A stretch of 64,000 bases of DNA from an uncultured Candidatus Saccharibacteria bacterium (GCA_964577395.1 CAZNYQ010000013.1:6409-70408); one strand, 5' to 3'; shown: positions 8,765-20,026, counted from the first letter of the stretch. Notes: generated by a model from the sequence alone, not told the origin. Numbers and translations are program-made.

Positions 8765-9997
8765 ATGAAAACGAGTATCTTTTCCAATATTATTAAAAGA
8801 TTGGAAGAAATTCAAAAGATAGAAAGTTTAGAAGATAAAGCTATTAAATTGCTTTCGTCTCCTAAAAAAATTAATTATAAAAAACTAACAGTAAAAAATC
8901 ATAAAATCCCAGCTTGGCGTATTGTGTTTAATGATGCTTTAGGTCCGGGCAAGGGAGGTATTAGATTTCATCCAGATGTCAGCGAAGATGAAGTAAAATC
9001 TCTATCATTCTGGATGATGATTAAAAATTCTTTAGCTGAGCTTCCCTATGGAGGAGCTAAGGGGGGTGTAAAATTTAATCCTAAAGAATTTTCCTTTCAA
9101 GAAATTGAAGAAATAAGCCGAGCATTTATTGATGCTTTTTATGAAAACCTTGGACAAGATAAGGATATTCCAGCCCCAGACGTTTATACAAATCCTCAAG
9201 TGATGGCTTGGATGCTTGATGAGTATGAAAAAATAACAAAACACCACGAGCCAGGTATGATAACTGGTAAACCTCTAGAATTAGGTGGTTGTCAATTAAG
9301 GGGAGATGCAACTGCTAGAGGAGGATTTATTATTGTTCAAGAAGTCATCAAAAAATTTAAATTAAATAAAAAAACTTTAAGAATAGCGATCCAGGGATTT
9401 GGAAACGCTGGATTTTACCTTTCTCAAATGCTAAGTCAGAATAATATTAAAATAGTTGCAGTTAGTGATAGTAAAGGCGGTATTTATAATGATAAAGGAT
9501 TGAATATTAATGAAGTAAGATCAACTAAAGATAAAGAAGGAAATGTTAGTAAATATCCAAAGGGAAAGCAGATCACCAATGAAAAATTACTTGAATTGCC
9601 AGTTGATATACTTATCTTAGCAGCGCTTGAAAATCAGATTACCGAAAGAAATGCAAATAATATTCAGGCTAAATATATTATAGAGATCGCCAATGGACCA
9701 ATTAATTATGAGGCGGATAAGTTATTATTTAAAAAACAAACAATTGTTATTCCTGATATTTTAGCTAATTCAGGTGGAGTAATTGGTAGCTATTTTGAAT
9801 GGGCTCAGAATAGAACAGGTCATGTATTAGATAAAGAATACCTAATAAAGCTCTTAGTTAAGAAAATGACTAATTCTTGGCATGATATGAACGAAGTTTA
9901 TGAAAATCAACACAGGAAAATTAATTTGAGAACTGCTGCTTACATCTTAGCTATTAGGAGAATTTTAGCGGCCGAGAAATTACGAGGTAATTTATAG
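8765..9997 (+). CDS. Glu/Leu/Phe/Val dehydrogenase family (glutamate dehydrogenase-like)
   Basis: PYGGAKGGVKF catalytic Lys motif and GFGNAGFY dinucleotide-binding motif. 410 aa. Confidence 0.85.
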   Translation: MKTSIFSNIIKRLEEIQKIESLEDKAIKLLSSPKKINYKKLTVKNHKIPAWRIVFNDALGPGKGGIRFHPDVSEDEVKSLSFWMMIKNSLAELPYGGAKGGVKFNPKEFSFQEIEEISRAFIDAFYENLGQDKDIPAPDVYTNPQVMAWMLDEYEKITKHHEPGMITGKPLELGGCQLRGDATARGGFIIVQEVIKKFKLNKKTLRIAIQGFGNAGFYLSQMLSQNNIKIVAVSDSKGGIYNDKGLNINEVRSTKDKEGNVSKYPKGKQITNEKLLELPVDILILAALENQITERNANNIQAKYIIEIANGPINYEADKLLFKKQTIVIPDILANSGGVIGSYFEWAQNRTGHVLDKEYLIKLLVKKMTNSWHDMNEVYENQHRKINLRTAAYILAIRRILAAEKLRGNL

Positions 9998-10085
9998 AAA
10001 GTTTTTAAAGTGAAAATTTTACTTATTATGAATGATAGCATGTAGAATTTTCACTTTTATTCATTAAACTAGTAAAAATTTAACT

Positions 10086-11027
10086 ATGCACAACATTGAA
10101 CAAGAATATCCTTTAGTTATTATAGGTACTGGTCCAGCTGGCTTAACGGCTTCAATTTATGCTTCTCGATATAAGATTAAACATTTATTAATTGGAGAAG
10201 TTTTAGGGGGGCTGGCCTTTGAAGCGCATAAAATCTGTAATTATCCTAGCGAACAAGAGATTAGAGGATCTCAATTAGTAAATAAAATAAAAGCTAATGC
10301 TGAAAATCTAGGGATGAATATATTAAATGATAAAGTTATTTCTATTACTAAGGAAGATAAGCATCAAGGATTCACAATTAACACACAGGGGAAAAAGAAT
10401 ATCTTAGCTCGTAATATTCTTTTAGCTACAGGCACTAAACATCGTAAATTAAATCTTCCTAGAGAAAAAGAATTTTTAGGTCATGGGATTTCTTATTGTG
10501 CTACATGTGATGCCATGTTTTATAGAGACAGAGAGGTAGTAGTTATTGGCGGAAGTGATAGCGCTAATACTGCTTCTTTATACTTAGCTGAAGTAGCAAA
10601 GAAAGTTTATCAAGTTTATCGTCGTGATAAACTTAGAGGAGACCCTACTTGGGTTAAACAAGTTATGGAAAATGAAAATATTGAGGTTATCTTTAATAAT
10701 CAAATAATAGCACTAGAAGGTAATAATGATTTAGAAAGTGTGGTTTTGGAAAAACCATATAGAGGTAACAATAAGTTAAATATTGATGGTTTCTTTATTG
10801 AAATTGGTACAGTGCCCCAGCAAGATATAATTAAAATATTAGCGCTAGCTACTGATAAAAAAGGCTACATTAAGATTAACGGAGAACAAAAGACCAGTCA
10901 GGCAAATATTTGGGCTGCCGGAGATATCACGAATGGATCAAATAATTTTCGCCAAATTATTACTGCTTGTAGTGAAGCAGCTATTGCCGTAGAAAATATT
11001 TTTACTACCCTGCAACGAGAAAAATAG
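10086..11027 (+). CDS. trxB: thioredoxin-disulfide reductase
   Basis: N-terminal GTGPAG FAD motif, redox-active CATCDA, second GGSDSA NADPH motif. 313 aa. Confidence 0.85.
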   Translation: MHNIEQEYPLVIIGTGPAGLTASIYASRYKIKHLLIGEVLGGLAFEAHKICNYPSEQEIRGSQLVNKIKANAENLGMNILNDKVISITKEDKHQGFTINTQGKKNILARNILLATGTKHRKLNLPREKEFLGHGISYCATCDAMFYRDREVVVIGGSDSANTASLYLAEVAKKVYQVYRRDKLRGDPTWVKQVMENENIEVIFNNQIIALEGNNDLESVVLEKPYRGNNKLNIDGFFIEIGTVPQQDIIKILALATDKKGYIKINGEQKTSQANIWAAGDITNGSNNFRQIITACSEAAIAVENIFTTLQREK

Positions 11028-11050
11028 AAAAAATAAAAAAAGATATTACT

Positions 11051-11080
11051 AAAAAAGCCCCTGAAATAGAGGGCTTTTTT
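11051..11080. terminator. bidirectional intrinsic terminator between trxB (+) and hup (-)
   Basis: aaaaaGCCCctgaaatagaGGGCttttt, a stem flanked by A- and T-tracts. Confidence 0.6.
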
Positions 11081-11132
11081 AGGTATGTTCCAAAGGAACA
11101 TTAAGAGGTTGTTTTTGACATTGAAACTGTTC

Positions 11133-11405
11133 TTATTTGACAGCTTCTTTAAGACCTTTACCAGCTTTAAATTTAGGAACAGTTGCAGCAGGAATTTGAA
11201 TAGTAGCACCAGTTTGTGGATTACGGCCGGTGCGAGCTTTTCTCTTGTAAGTTTTGAAGGTGCCAAAGCCTGTGAAAGTAATGCTATCACCTTGCTTAAG
11301 GGCACCAGTAATAGATTCTAAAATAGCATCAATGCATTTTTTTGTTTGGGTCTTAGGAAGACCGGCTTTAGCCGCAACTTTGTCAATAAGAGCTTGTTTA
11401 GTCAT
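11133..11405 (-). CDS. hup: DNA-binding protein HU
   Basis: MTKQALIDKVAAKAGL...GFGTFKTYKRKARTGRNPQTG matches the HU/IHF family arm. Confidence 0.9.
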   Translation of the reverse strand: MTKQALIDKVAAKAGLPKTQTKKCIDAILESITGALKQGDSITFTGFGTFKTYKRKARTGRNPQTGATIQIPAATVPKFKAGKGLKEAVK

Positions 11406-11467
11406 TTAGTTCACCCCCTTTCATAGGTTTCCTGACAAAGCCAGGAATGTTATAAATAATTAGTTAG

Positions 11468-12988
11468 TTATTTAGCGTATTCAATAGCACGTGTTTCCCG
11501 AATGACATTTACTTTAATTTCTCCGGGATAAGTCATGTTTTCTTCAATTTTATTAGCTATTTTTCGTGCCAATTTGTAAGCATCAAGATCGCTAATCTGT
11601 TCGGTGTCTACAAAAACACGAATTTCTCTGCCAGCTTGAATAGCGTAGGTCTTTTTCACGCCATCAAAGGTATTGCTGAGATTTTCTAATTCCTCTAAAC
11701 GTTTAATATAAGCTTCGTAATTTTCTCTTCTTACACCAGGACGAGATGCTGATAAAGCATCAGCTACTTGAACAAGACGTGATTCTAGGTTAACGAAAGG
11801 ATAATCTTCATGATGGGCGATTACAGCATCAATAACATCTTTATTAATATTGAATTTTTCAAGAATTTTTTTACCAATCTCAACATGTGAACCTTCAACT
11901 TCGTGACTGACTGCCTTGCCTATGTCGTGTAATAATCCTGCTTTTTTTGCAACAGTTACATCTCCACCAAGTTCTTCAGCTAGGATTGCAGCCATATGAG
12001 CAACTTCAAGAGAATGGCGTAATATATTTTGACCGAAGCTAGTTCTAAAATGGAGCATGCCAATCAAGTTAACTAGTTGAGGGTCAAATTCGGTAATACC
12101 TAATTCATAGACAGCATCTTCACCTAGTTGGTGGATTTTTTCAGAGAATTCTTTTTTAACTTTTTCCACCGTTTCTTCAATACGAGCTGGTTGAATGCGA
12201 CCGTCCATGATTAGTCTTTCAAGAACAACTTTTGCAATGTGGCGTCTGAGAGGATTAAAGGAAGATATAACAACCGCATCAGGCGTTTCATCAATAATTA
12301 ATTCTACTCCCGTAGCTTTTTGAAAAGCACGAATATTTCTACCCTCTTTTCCAATGATGCGTCCTTTGAGATCTTCATCCTTTAAGGTAACTGTGGTAGT
12401 GGTAAATTCTTCCGCTTGAGAAGCAGCAATTCTTTGCATTGCCTGAGCAATCATATCAGCAGCTTTATTGTTAATTTCTTCTTGCTTATTTTTCTCAAGT
12501 TTTTTAGTAAGATCTAATAGATCTTCCTGAGACTCTTTTTCAACAATTTTTAAGAGTCTTTCCCTTGCTTTTTTAGGTGTTAATTTAGCAGTTTCTTGAA
12601 GCTTTTTTTGAACGTTTTCCTGTAATTCTTTAACATTCTTTTGAATGTCTTTGATCTTAGTAACTTTTTCTAAGAGTTGTTTCTTTTGTTCTTCAACAGC
12701 AGTAATTTGTTTTTCAATTCTTTCTTCCCTTAAAACCAGTCTTTCTTCCTGCCTGTTGAGTTGTTGTTGTCTTTCTTTTTCTTCTTGCTTAGCTTTTTCT
12801 AGAGTATTCAAGGCTTTGTCTTTTGCCTTGAGAATTACTTGCTGAGCTTCATTTTTAGCATTTTTGATTAGTTCATTAGCGCGTTTTTCGCTAGAACCGA
12901 TTTTACGTTGAGCTATCCAATGACGGAATAAGTAACCTGCTAAAATTCCTAGCACAACCGTCATAACAATGAAATAGTAGCTTTCCAT
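11468..12988 (-). CDS. rny: ribonuclease Y
   Basis: N-terminal TM helix, coiled-coil, KH domain (GKEGRNIRAFQKATGVELII) and HD domain (HDIGK). 506 aa. Confidence 0.9.
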   Translation of the reverse strand: MESYYFIVMTVVLGILAGYLFRHWIAQRKIGSSEKRANELIKNAKNEAQQVILKAKDKALNTLEKAKQEEKERQQQLNRQEERLVLREERIEKQITAVEEQKKQLLEKVTKIKDIQKNVKELQENVQKKLQETAKLTPKKARERLLKIVEKESQEDLLDLTKKLEKNKQEEINNKAADMIAQAMQRIAASQAEEFTTTTVTLKDEDLKGRIIGKEGRNIRAFQKATGVELIIDETPDAVVISSFNPLRRHIAKVVLERLIMDGRIQPARIEETVEKVKKEFSEKIHQLGEDAVYELGITEFDPQLVNLIGMLHFRTSFGQNILRHSLEVAHMAAILAEELGGDVTVAKKAGLLHDIGKAVSHEVEGSHVEIGKKILEKFNINKDVIDAVIAHHEDYPFVNLESRLVQVADALSASRPGVRRENYEAYIKRLEELENLSNTFDGVKKTYAIQAGREIRVFVDTEQISDLDAYKLARKIANKIEENMTYPGEIKVNVIRETRAIEYAK

Positions 12989-13040
12989 GGATTTTTAAAT
13001 CGTATTTTTAACTAAACTACCTAAAATGTAAGAGAACTGC

Positions 13041-13625
13041 CTATGTTTTCTTTTGAATTATTTTATCGATCAAGCCGTATTTAATAGCCTCTTTAGCGGA
13101 TAAGTAAAAATCTCTATCTGTGTCTTTCTCAACTTTTTTTAGATTTTGTTTTGTATGGTGTGCTAAAATTTTATTGATCCTTTCTTTTGTATTAAGAATA
13201 TGTTGTGCTGAAATAGCAATATCAGAAGCTTGTCCTTTAACACCGCCCATTACTTGATGCAACATAGCTTCTGCATTTGGCAACATAAAACGTTTACCTT
13301 TTGTACCTGATGCTAAGAGTAAGGCGGCAGCTGAAGCAGCTAAGCCAGTGCAAATTGTTGCAATATCACACTTAACATACTGTAAGGTATCATAAATAGC
13401 CAAAGCAGAAGTAATCATGCCGCCCGGGCTATTAATATATAACTTAATATCTTTTTTAGCATCTTGACTTTCTAAAAAAAGAAGTTGAGCAATGACAATA
13501 TTGGCAACATTATCATCAATAGGTCCGCCAATGAAAATGATCCTTTCTTTTAAGAGGCGAGAATAAATGTCATAAGCTCTTTCTCCACGGCGTGTTTTTT
13601 CAATAACTGTAGGAATAAGATTCAT
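13041..13625 (-). CDS. clpP: ATP-dependent Clp protease proteolytic subunit
   Basis: [28 protein letters not shown] with the catalytic Ser, and MLHQVMGG with the catalytic His. Confidence 0.9.
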   Translation of the reverse strand: MNLIPTVIEKTRRGERAYDIYSRLLKERIIFIGGPIDDNVANIVIAQLLFLESQDAKKDIKLYINSPGGMITSALAIYDTLQYVKCDIATICTGLAASAAALLLASGTKGKRFMLPNAEAMLHQVMGGVKGQASDIAISAQHILNTKERINKILAHHTKQNLKKVEKDTDRDFYLSAKEAIKYGLIDKIIQKKT

Positions 13626-13648
13626 GGGATTGTAGTTTAGCTAAAAAT

Positions 13649-14932
13649 TTAAACACAAATATTTTTATCTAAAAGCCAATTGATAACTTTTTGATTAGTT
13701 AAGTATTGAAAAGTATAACTCCTCAAAGCGTCAAAGTCAATATCCTGCGGTGATTTTTGAAAATTCTCTGATTTTTTCAATCGTTCATTTATATGTTTTT
13801 GTACTTCTTCTTGTACCGGAAAGAGCTTCTCCTTTTTAGCGATCTCGTTAATTACAAAGGCTGACTCTAACTGTTCTTGGGCTTGTTTTTGGAAATTATT
13901 ATCAAGCTCTTTTTGAGTGATATTAATTTTTTTAAGATAACTTTCGGGATCAATTTTTTTGTCTTTTAATTGCTGTTTAAAATTATTGGCTATTCGCTCT
14001 TTCTCTTTTTCAATCAAAAACGGAGAAATAGCTATTTGACTATCTTGAATAATTTTTTTTAAGACTTCTTCTTGAGTTTTCTTTTGATTTGCTTGACGTT
14101 TTTCTTGCGCAAGACCTTTTTTCAAAGAATCTTTTAATTGCTTAAGGGTCTTAAAGTTACCTAGAGATTGGGCAAATTTATCATCCAATTTAGGTAATTC
14201 AACGGCTGAAACAGAGTTTATCTTTACTTTAAAATCAATTTTTTTGCCCTTAAATTCTTCCTGAGGCCATGTATTAGCAAAGTTAATAGAGAAAGATTTT
14301 TGATCTTTCTCTTTCATTCCAATAAGTTGTTTTTCAAAATCTTTATGTAATTTGCTTTCTCCTAATCTTAAAGGGTAATGTTGAGTAGATCCTTGAGGTA
14401 TTTTTTTATCTTTATGGTAAGCATCATAATCAATATCTAATTGATCTCCTTTTTTAGCAGTCCTGGAAACTGTTTTAAACTTAGCGCGTGATTGCTTAAG
14501 AAAATTTAACGCTTTTTCTATTTCTTGATTACTAACATTAATTTTTTCTTTTTTAATTTTTAGATCTGTGTATTTACCTAGGGATATATTAGGATAAGGA
14601 GTAATGAGAACTTCACATTTAAAACTATTACCTAAAGCAGAACTTAAAATTTTAATTTCTGGTCTAAGAGCAGGACGAAGTTCTTTTTCTTGCTGAAGAA
14701 CTTGTTTTAGAGCTTTTTGAGCTACAATTTGCTCATATGAAGCAAACAAACGATCGCTTGCATTTTTTTTAATAATATTTTCAGGAGCTTTGCCTTGTCG
14801 AAATCCTTTTTGATTGAAATTATTTTGGACATCTTTTAAGGCAGTTTTATATGCATCCTGACATTCTTGACTAGAAAGATTAACTTGAAATTTTATTTGG
14901 CCATTTGATTGAGTATCTTTTTTAATTTCCAT
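13649..14932 (-). CDS. tig: trigger factor
   Basis: 427-aa protein directly upstream of clpP, which is the conserved tig-clpP order. Its N-terminus is trigger-factor-like. Confidence 0.8.
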   Translation of the reverse strand: MEIKKDTQSNGQIKFQVNLSSQECQDAYKTALKDVQNNFNQKGFRQGKAPENIIKKNASDRLFASYEQIVAQKALKQVLQQEKELRPALRPEIKILSSALGNSFKCEVLITPYPNISLGKYTDLKIKKEKINVSNQEIEKALNFLKQSRAKFKTVSRTAKKGDQLDIDYDAYHKDKKIPQGSTQHYPLRLGESKLHKDFEKQLIGMKEKDQKSFSINFANTWPQEEFKGKKIDFKVKINSVSAVELPKLDDKFAQSLGNFKTLKQLKDSLKKGLAQEKRQANQKKTQEEVLKKIIQDSQIAISPFLIEKEKERIANNFKQQLKDKKIDPESYLKKINITQKELDNNFQKQAQEQLESAFVINEIAKKEKLFPVQEEVQKHINERLKKSENFQKSPQDIDFDALRSYTFQYLTNQKVINWLLDKNICV

Positions 14933-14934
14933 AA

Positions 14935-16896
14935 TTAGAGTAGGGGAGCAATAATAAGAGCAATAATTGACATCAATTTAATAAGAATATTAAGTGAAGG
15001 GCCGGAAGTGTCTTTAAAAGGATCTCCCACAGTATCTCCTACTACAGCTGCTTTATGTGTTTCTGATCCTTTGCCTCCCAGATTACCAGCTTCAATATAT
15101 TTTTTAGCATTATCCCAGCTGCCACCTGCATTAGCCATCATAACTGCTAAGAGAAAGCCAGTCATAACAGATCCCATCAAAAGTCCTCCTAAAGCTTCTG
15201 CTCCTAAAATATATCCTATTAAGATGGGGCTAATCATGGCTAAGAAAGATGGAAGAATCATTTGTTTTAGAGCTGAATTAGTAGAAATAGAGACGCATTT
15301 TTTATAGTCTGCCTTCGCCTTTCCTTCTGCTAGACCTTTAATTTCTTTAAACTGACGTCTTGCTTCACGAACAATACTAAAGGCACTTTTTCCGACAGCC
15401 CTTAAAGTAAAAGAGCAAAAAAGAAAAGGTAATAAAGCTCCTAACAAGAGGCCAATCATTACATTAGTTTGTAATAAATTTAGCATATCTAGACCTACTA
15501 GCTTAGCATAGCTAACCGTTAACACTAGAGCAGTTAGGGCAGCAGATCCAACAGCAAAACCTTTACCAATAGCAGCGGTAGTATTTCCTACGGCATCTAG
15601 AGCTTCGGTGCGACGCCTTACCTTTTTCCCCATATGAGCCATTTCGGCAATACCAGCGGCATTATCTGCAACAGGACCGTAGCTATCTGTTGCTAAAGTG
15701 ATACCTAGAGTAGAAAGCATGCCAACAGCTGCAATAGCAATGCCATAGAGACCAGCAAAGTAGGAAGATAATGTAATAGCAATAGCGACTACTAAAACTG
15801 GAATAAAAGTGCTTAACATTCCAGAAGAAAGTCCTTCAATAATATTAGTGGCTGGGCCTCCTTGAGAAGCTTTTGCAATATTTTGAGTAGGTTTAAAACG
15901 ATCGGACGTAAAGTATTCTGTGACAAGCCCAATAGTTAGACCCGAGAAAAGACCGATTATGATGGGCCAAAGATAGTTAAGGCCCATGTCAAAATACCCA
16001 ACAAGGAAGTAGCTTAAGACAATAGTAATAAACGCAGCGCTGAATATTCCAATATTGAGAATTTTATGAGGCTTGCCTTTCTTAAGTATGCTAATAATTA
16101 GGTATCCTATAATACTAGCGATAATACCTATACTGGCTATCAGGAGAGGAAAAACTACTGCCTTAGGAACTGTTATCAAAAGAGTTGTCCCCAAAACCAT
16201 TGCAGCAATGATTGAATCAACGTAACTTTCAAAAAGATCAGCTCCCATACCGGCAACATCACCCACATTATCACCCACATTGTCTGCGATAACAGCGGGA
16301 TTACGAGGGTCATCCTCAGGAATACTTTTTTCAATCTTGCCTACTAAATCAGCACCCACGTCAGCGCTTTTTGTATAGATACCGCCGCCGACTCTAGCAA
16401 AAAGAGCAATAGAAGAAGCACCAAATCCAAAACCATAGATTATTTGAGGATCCTTAAAAATAAGATATAAAACAGTAACTCCCAGAAGACCTAAGCTAAC
16501 AACGCTTAGACCCATAATAGTCCCAGAACTCAAGGCAATTTTTAATGCTTTATTAAGACTACTTTTGGCCGCCCAAGCAGTTCTAACGTTACCTCGAGTA
16601 GCAATATGCATTCCTAAATTGCCAGCTGCTGCAGACAAGAAAGCACCAGCAAGAAAAGCAAGTGTTACCTGATAACTAATATTACTTAGGAATGTCAGAA
16701 TAAGAGCAACTAAAATTACAAAAACAGCCATAATTTTATATTCTTGCTTTAGAAAAGCTAAGGAACCTTCATGAATAGCATGAGCTATTTCTTTAACTTC
16801 TTTTTTTCCACTTGGCTGTTTAATTATTTGAATAATAAGTCCTGTAACAAAAACTAGTGCGATAATACTAGTAAATAATGGAGCATAGCTAGACAT
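14935..16896 (-). CDS. hppA: membrane-bound H+(or Na+)-translocating pyrophosphatase
   Basis: [17 protein letters not shown] and [21 protein letters not shown] motifs. 653 aa, polytopic. Confidence 0.9.
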   Translation of the reverse strand: MSSYAPLFTSIIALVFVTGLIIQIIKQPSGKKEVKEIAHAIHEGSLAFLKQEYKIMAVFVILVALILTFLSNISYQVTLAFLAGAFLSAAAGNLGMHIATRGNVRTAWAAKSSLNKALKIALSSGTIMGLSVVSLGLLGVTVLYLIFKDPQIIYGFGFGASSIALFARVGGGIYTKSADVGADLVGKIEKSIPEDDPRNPAVIADNVGDNVGDVAGMGADLFESYVDSIIAAMVLGTTLLITVPKAVVFPLLIASIGIIASIIGYLIISILKKGKPHKILNIGIFSAAFITIVLSYFLVGYFDMGLNYLWPIIIGLFSGLTIGLVTEYFTSDRFKPTQNIAKASQGGPATNIIEGLSSGMLSTFIPVLVVAIAITLSSYFAGLYGIAIAAVGMLSTLGITLATDSYGPVADNAAGIAEMAHMGKKVRRRTEALDAVGNTTAAIGKGFAVGSAALTALVLTVSYAKLVGLDMLNLLQTNVMIGLLLGALLPFLFCSFTLRAVGKSAFSIVREARRQFKEIKGLAEGKAKADYKKCVSISTNSALKQMILPSFLAMISPILIGYILGAEALGGLLMGSVMTGFLLAVMMANAGGSWDNAKKYIEAGNLGGKGSETHKAAVVGDTVGDPFKDTSGPSLNILIKLMSIIALIIAPLL

Positions 16897-16912
16897 ATTT
16901 AAAAAACACAGA

Positions 16913-18082
16913 TTATTTTTTACTCTTCTTTTTAGAAGAAGCTTTGTTTTGCTCTACTTTTTTCTTTGATGTTTTTTTTGATTTTTCTTTTGGCTCTTGT
17001 TTGGTTTTTTCTTCTTGTTTTTCGTTTGTTGTAACATCAATTTTCCAACCAGTTAATTTAGCAGCTAATCTAACATTTTGACCTTCTTTTCCGATAGCAA
17101 GAGATAACTGGTCTGATGCGACAATAACCGTTGCTTCTTTATTCTTTTCATTGAGTTTGACATCTAAAACTTTAGCGGGAGACAGAGCATTAGAAATAAA
17201 TTTATTTGTATCACTTGACCAGAGAACAATATCAATGTTTTCTCCGTTTAATTCATTAATAACAGCTGATATCCTTGTTCCTTGTTGGCCTACGCATGCA
17301 CCAATAGGATCAATACCTTCTTCTTCCGAGGTAACGGCAATTTTTGATCTTTTACCAGCTTCACGAGCAATAGCTTTAATTTCGACATCATTATTAGTGA
17401 TTTCTGGAACCTCTAATTCAAGTAATTTAAATAAAAATTCCACTCTTTTACGTGATAAGAATATAACAGGACCACGACTTTCTTCCCTAACACTTAAGAG
17501 TAATACTCTAAGTCTTTGACCGGAGTTGTAATGCTCGTTAGGAATTTGCTCTTGAGGCGGTAAAATACCATTTGTTCTGCCAATATCAAGGAATATAGTT
17601 CCTTTTTCTTGTCTTTGGACAATTCCACTAATAGCTTCACCTTCTTTTTCTTTATATTCACTGAAAGTTAAATCTCTCTCAACCTCTTTAATTTTTTGAA
17701 TAATAACTTGTTTAGCAGTTTGAGTAGCAATTCTACCGTAATTATCTTTGTTTTTTAATAAAGAAATTTTAATGATATCTCCGACTTTAGCTGTCTTTTT
17801 TTTCTTCTTAGCATCTTCTAGCATGACTTGTTTTTTAGGATTGAACTTTTTCTCTTCTTCTTCAAGAGTTTTTTCGTCTACGACGGTTAATTCTTGCCAT
17901 ATTTTCGATTTACCGGTCTCAGGATCAAGAGTTGCTTTTACCTTACATCCCTGCAGATCATTTTCTTTTTTATAAGCAGCAGCAATAGCAAACTCAACTG
18001 TTTCTTGAATGCGGTCTTTAGGAATATTTTTTTCAGCAGCTAATTGTTCAACTGCCATAAGAAATTGTTTAATATCAAACAT
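16913..18082 (-). CDS. nusA: transcription termination/antitermination factor NusA (with Lys-rich C-terminal tail)
   Basis: NusA N-terminal domain, then S1 and tandem KH domains (GACVGQQGTRISAVINELNGENIDIV). Confidence 0.85.
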   Translation of the reverse strand: MFDIKQFLMAVEQLAAEKNIPKDRIQETVEFAIAAAYKKENDLQGCKVKATLDPETGKSKIWQELTVVDEKTLEEEEKKFNPKKQVMLEDAKKKKKTAKVGDIIKISLLKNKDNYGRIATQTAKQVIIQKIKEVERDLTFSEYKEKEGEAISGIVQRQEKGTIFLDIGRTNGILPPQEQIPNEHYNSGQRLRVLLLSVREESRGPVIFLSRKRVEFLFKLLELEVPEITNNDVEIKAIAREAGKRSKIAVTSEEEGIDPIGACVGQQGTRISAVINELNGENIDIVLWSSDTNKFISNALSPAKVLDVKLNEKNKEATVIVASDQLSLAIGKEGQNVRLAAKLTGWKIDVTTNEKQEEKTKQEPKEKSKKTSKKKVEQNKASSKKKSKK

Positions 18083-18282
18083 GTTTTATATATATAATAA
18101 AAAAAATTATTGTTTTTCAAATATTAAGTATAACAAGAATAAAAGGTCTGTCAATGCAATCAATGCTTTTAGAAGAGCAATTTTCTTTGTTAATTTTTAA
18201 CTAGTAAATTTAGAAATTATTTTTTTTAAAGCTAACTTAAGTTTTATCTATTTTGATAATTTTTAAGTATATTTTTTACAAA

Positions 18283-19890
18283 CTAAAACCCCATGATAAC
18301 GCCACTGGCAATATTTTCAGCATGATCAGAAACTCTTTCTAGGTTAGAAATAATTTCTAAATATATGGGGCCTGCTTCTGATTGACAACGTTCTTTTCTT
18401 AATCTTTTATAATGGTTTTTCTTCATTTTATCTTCTAACTGATTAACCTGTTTTTCTAAAGCTAAAGTTCTTTGAGCTATTTTTGGGTTGTTCTTTTCTA
18501 AGGATTTTATAGCACTGGAGAAAGAATCAAAAGCTTTGGAAAATATGATTTCTAGATCTTTTTTAGCCGAAACTGAAAAAGCTATTTTATGTTTTGATTT
18601 AAATTCTGCTATTTCTGCCAGATTATTGGCATGGTCAGCTACCCTTTCAATATCAGTTATACCATGAAGGAGAGTAGTTAGTTTTTCAGATCCTTTTTGA
18701 GAAATAGCTTGAGTAGAGATTTTCGCCAGGTAGTTATCTAAAAGATGATGAAGTTCATCTACGCTTGCTTCTTTTTCTTTAACTACATGAATTAAATTTT
18801 TATTTCCGTTAAAAATTGTTTTTTGTGACTCTACTAACATTTCTTTAGTAATCTGAGCCATACGTAAAACTTCTTTTTGAGCTTGTAATATTGCTAAATT
18901 AGGAATATTAAGGATCTTATCATCCAAAAATTTAATTCCTCTTTCAATTTTTACTATTTTACCGGGGATGATTTTTTGAACTAAGTTTTTTAAAGGTTTA
19001 GTTAAAGGAATAGCAGTTAAAGTAACAATAACGTTAAAGATCGTATGAGCGTTAGCAATTTGACGTCCTAAATCATTGCTAGTTAAGTCAACAATACGGC
19101 TAAATGGTAGAAGGAAAAGAGCAAAAATTGCTACTCCTGAAATATTAACAGTTAATTGAGCAGCCGAGAGTCTCTTAGCTGATTTACAAGATTTAAGAGA
19201 GGCAAAAAAACCAGTAATACAAGTACCAATATTAGCTCCCAGCATTAAAGCGATAGCTGCTGGAAGAGTAATAACACCTTCTATTCCCATGGCAATGATT
19301 AGACCAATGGTAGCGGAGCTTGATTGAACGATCGAGGTAAAAAAAGCGCCAGCTAAAATACCAAGAATAGCAGTTTGGCCAAAACTCCTCAACATATTAA
19401 TAAGAAAAGGTATGTCTTTAAGAGCTTTGGTTCCTTGAGACATTGTTTGGATTCCTAAAAATAAAATACCAAAACCTAGAATGATTTGTCCTACATACTG
19501 AATTTTCCTATTTTTAAAAAAGAACAATAATAAACAACCCAAAGCAATTAAAGGAAAATAGTAAAGACCAATTTTAAAAGCTACTACTTGAGCAGTGACC
19601 GTAGTGCCAATTTCTGCTCCCAGCATGACACCTATAGATTGTTCTAAATTCAGCAAACCGGCGTTTAAGAGACCGATTAAAGTTATTACTGTAATACTAG
19701 AGCTTTGGATTATTGCGGTTGTTAAAGCTCCTAAACCGGCTCCTCTCAGCGGATTTTTAGTTAATTTTTTAAGGATATCTCGAAGTTTTCTGAAAAAAAC
19801 TTTTTTGAATCCAGTACTTAAAATAAATAAACCATATAAAAACAGAGCCAGTCCTCCTAAGATGTTAAAAATGATTAGAGTCGTATCCAT
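18283..19890 (-). CDS. Na+/phosphate cotransporter family protein with C-terminal PhoU-like domain
   Basis: Polytopic N-terminal half with duplicated NaPi-II-like segments (QSSSITV / QSSSATIG). C-terminal half is helical and PhoU-like. Confidence 0.8.
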   Translation of the reverse strand: MDTTLIIFNILGGLALFLYGLFILSTGFKKVFFRKLRDILKKLTKNPLRGAGLGALTTAIIQSSSITVITLIGLLNAGLLNLEQSIGVMLGAEIGTTVTAQVVAFKIGLYYFPLIALGCLLLFFFKNRKIQYVGQIILGFGILFLGIQTMSQGTKALKDIPFLINMLRSFGQTAILGILAGAFFTSIVQSSSATIGLIIAMGIEGVITLPAAIALMLGANIGTCITGFFASLKSCKSAKRLSAAQLTVNISGVAIFALFLLPFSRIVDLTSNDLGRQIANAHTIFNVIVTLTAIPLTKPLKNLVQKIIPGKIVKIERGIKFLDDKILNIPNLAILQAQKEVLRMAQITKEMLVESQKTIFNGNKNLIHVVKEKEASVDELHHLLDNYLAKISTQAISQKGSEKLTTLLHGITDIERVADHANNLAEIAEFKSKHKIAFSVSAKKDLEIIFSKAFDSFSSAIKSLEKNNPKIAQRTLALEKQVNQLEDKMKKNHYKRLRKERCQSEAGPIYLEIISNLERVSDHAENIASGVIMGF

Positions 19891-19952
19891 AAAAAAAAGA
19901 GAGTAAAACTTTATATTAATTATTTCTCAGGCACGGGTTTATATACCTTAAG

Positions 19953-20026
19953 TGGGCGCTAGAGGATTCGAACCTCTGACCTTGTGAATGTAAGTCACAC
20001 GCTCTAACCAACTGAGCTAAGCGCCC
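19953..20026 (-). tRNA. tRNA-Val (anticodon UAC)
   Basis: The reverse complement folds as a cloverleaf: acceptor GGGCGCT/AGCGCCC, anticodon stem TGTGA/TCACA with loop CTTACAT, T-arm AGAGG-TTCGAAT-CCTCT. Confidence 0.85.

Noticed and set aside
9032-9311. Minus-strand ORFs inside the glutamate dehydrogenase gene
   Set aside because: Antisense to a confident CDS with no motif. Spurious.
15008-15307. Plus-strand 99-aa ORF inside hppA (antisense)
   Set aside because: Its Pro/Ala-rich translation is the mirror of the hydrophobic H+-PPase codons. Spurious.
17151-18200. Several plus-strand ORFs (17151-17519, 17748-17975, 18009-18200) within or next to nusA
   Set aside because: They are antisense to nusA or lie in the AT-rich intergenic region, and they are Ser/Leu/Phe-rich artefact translations.
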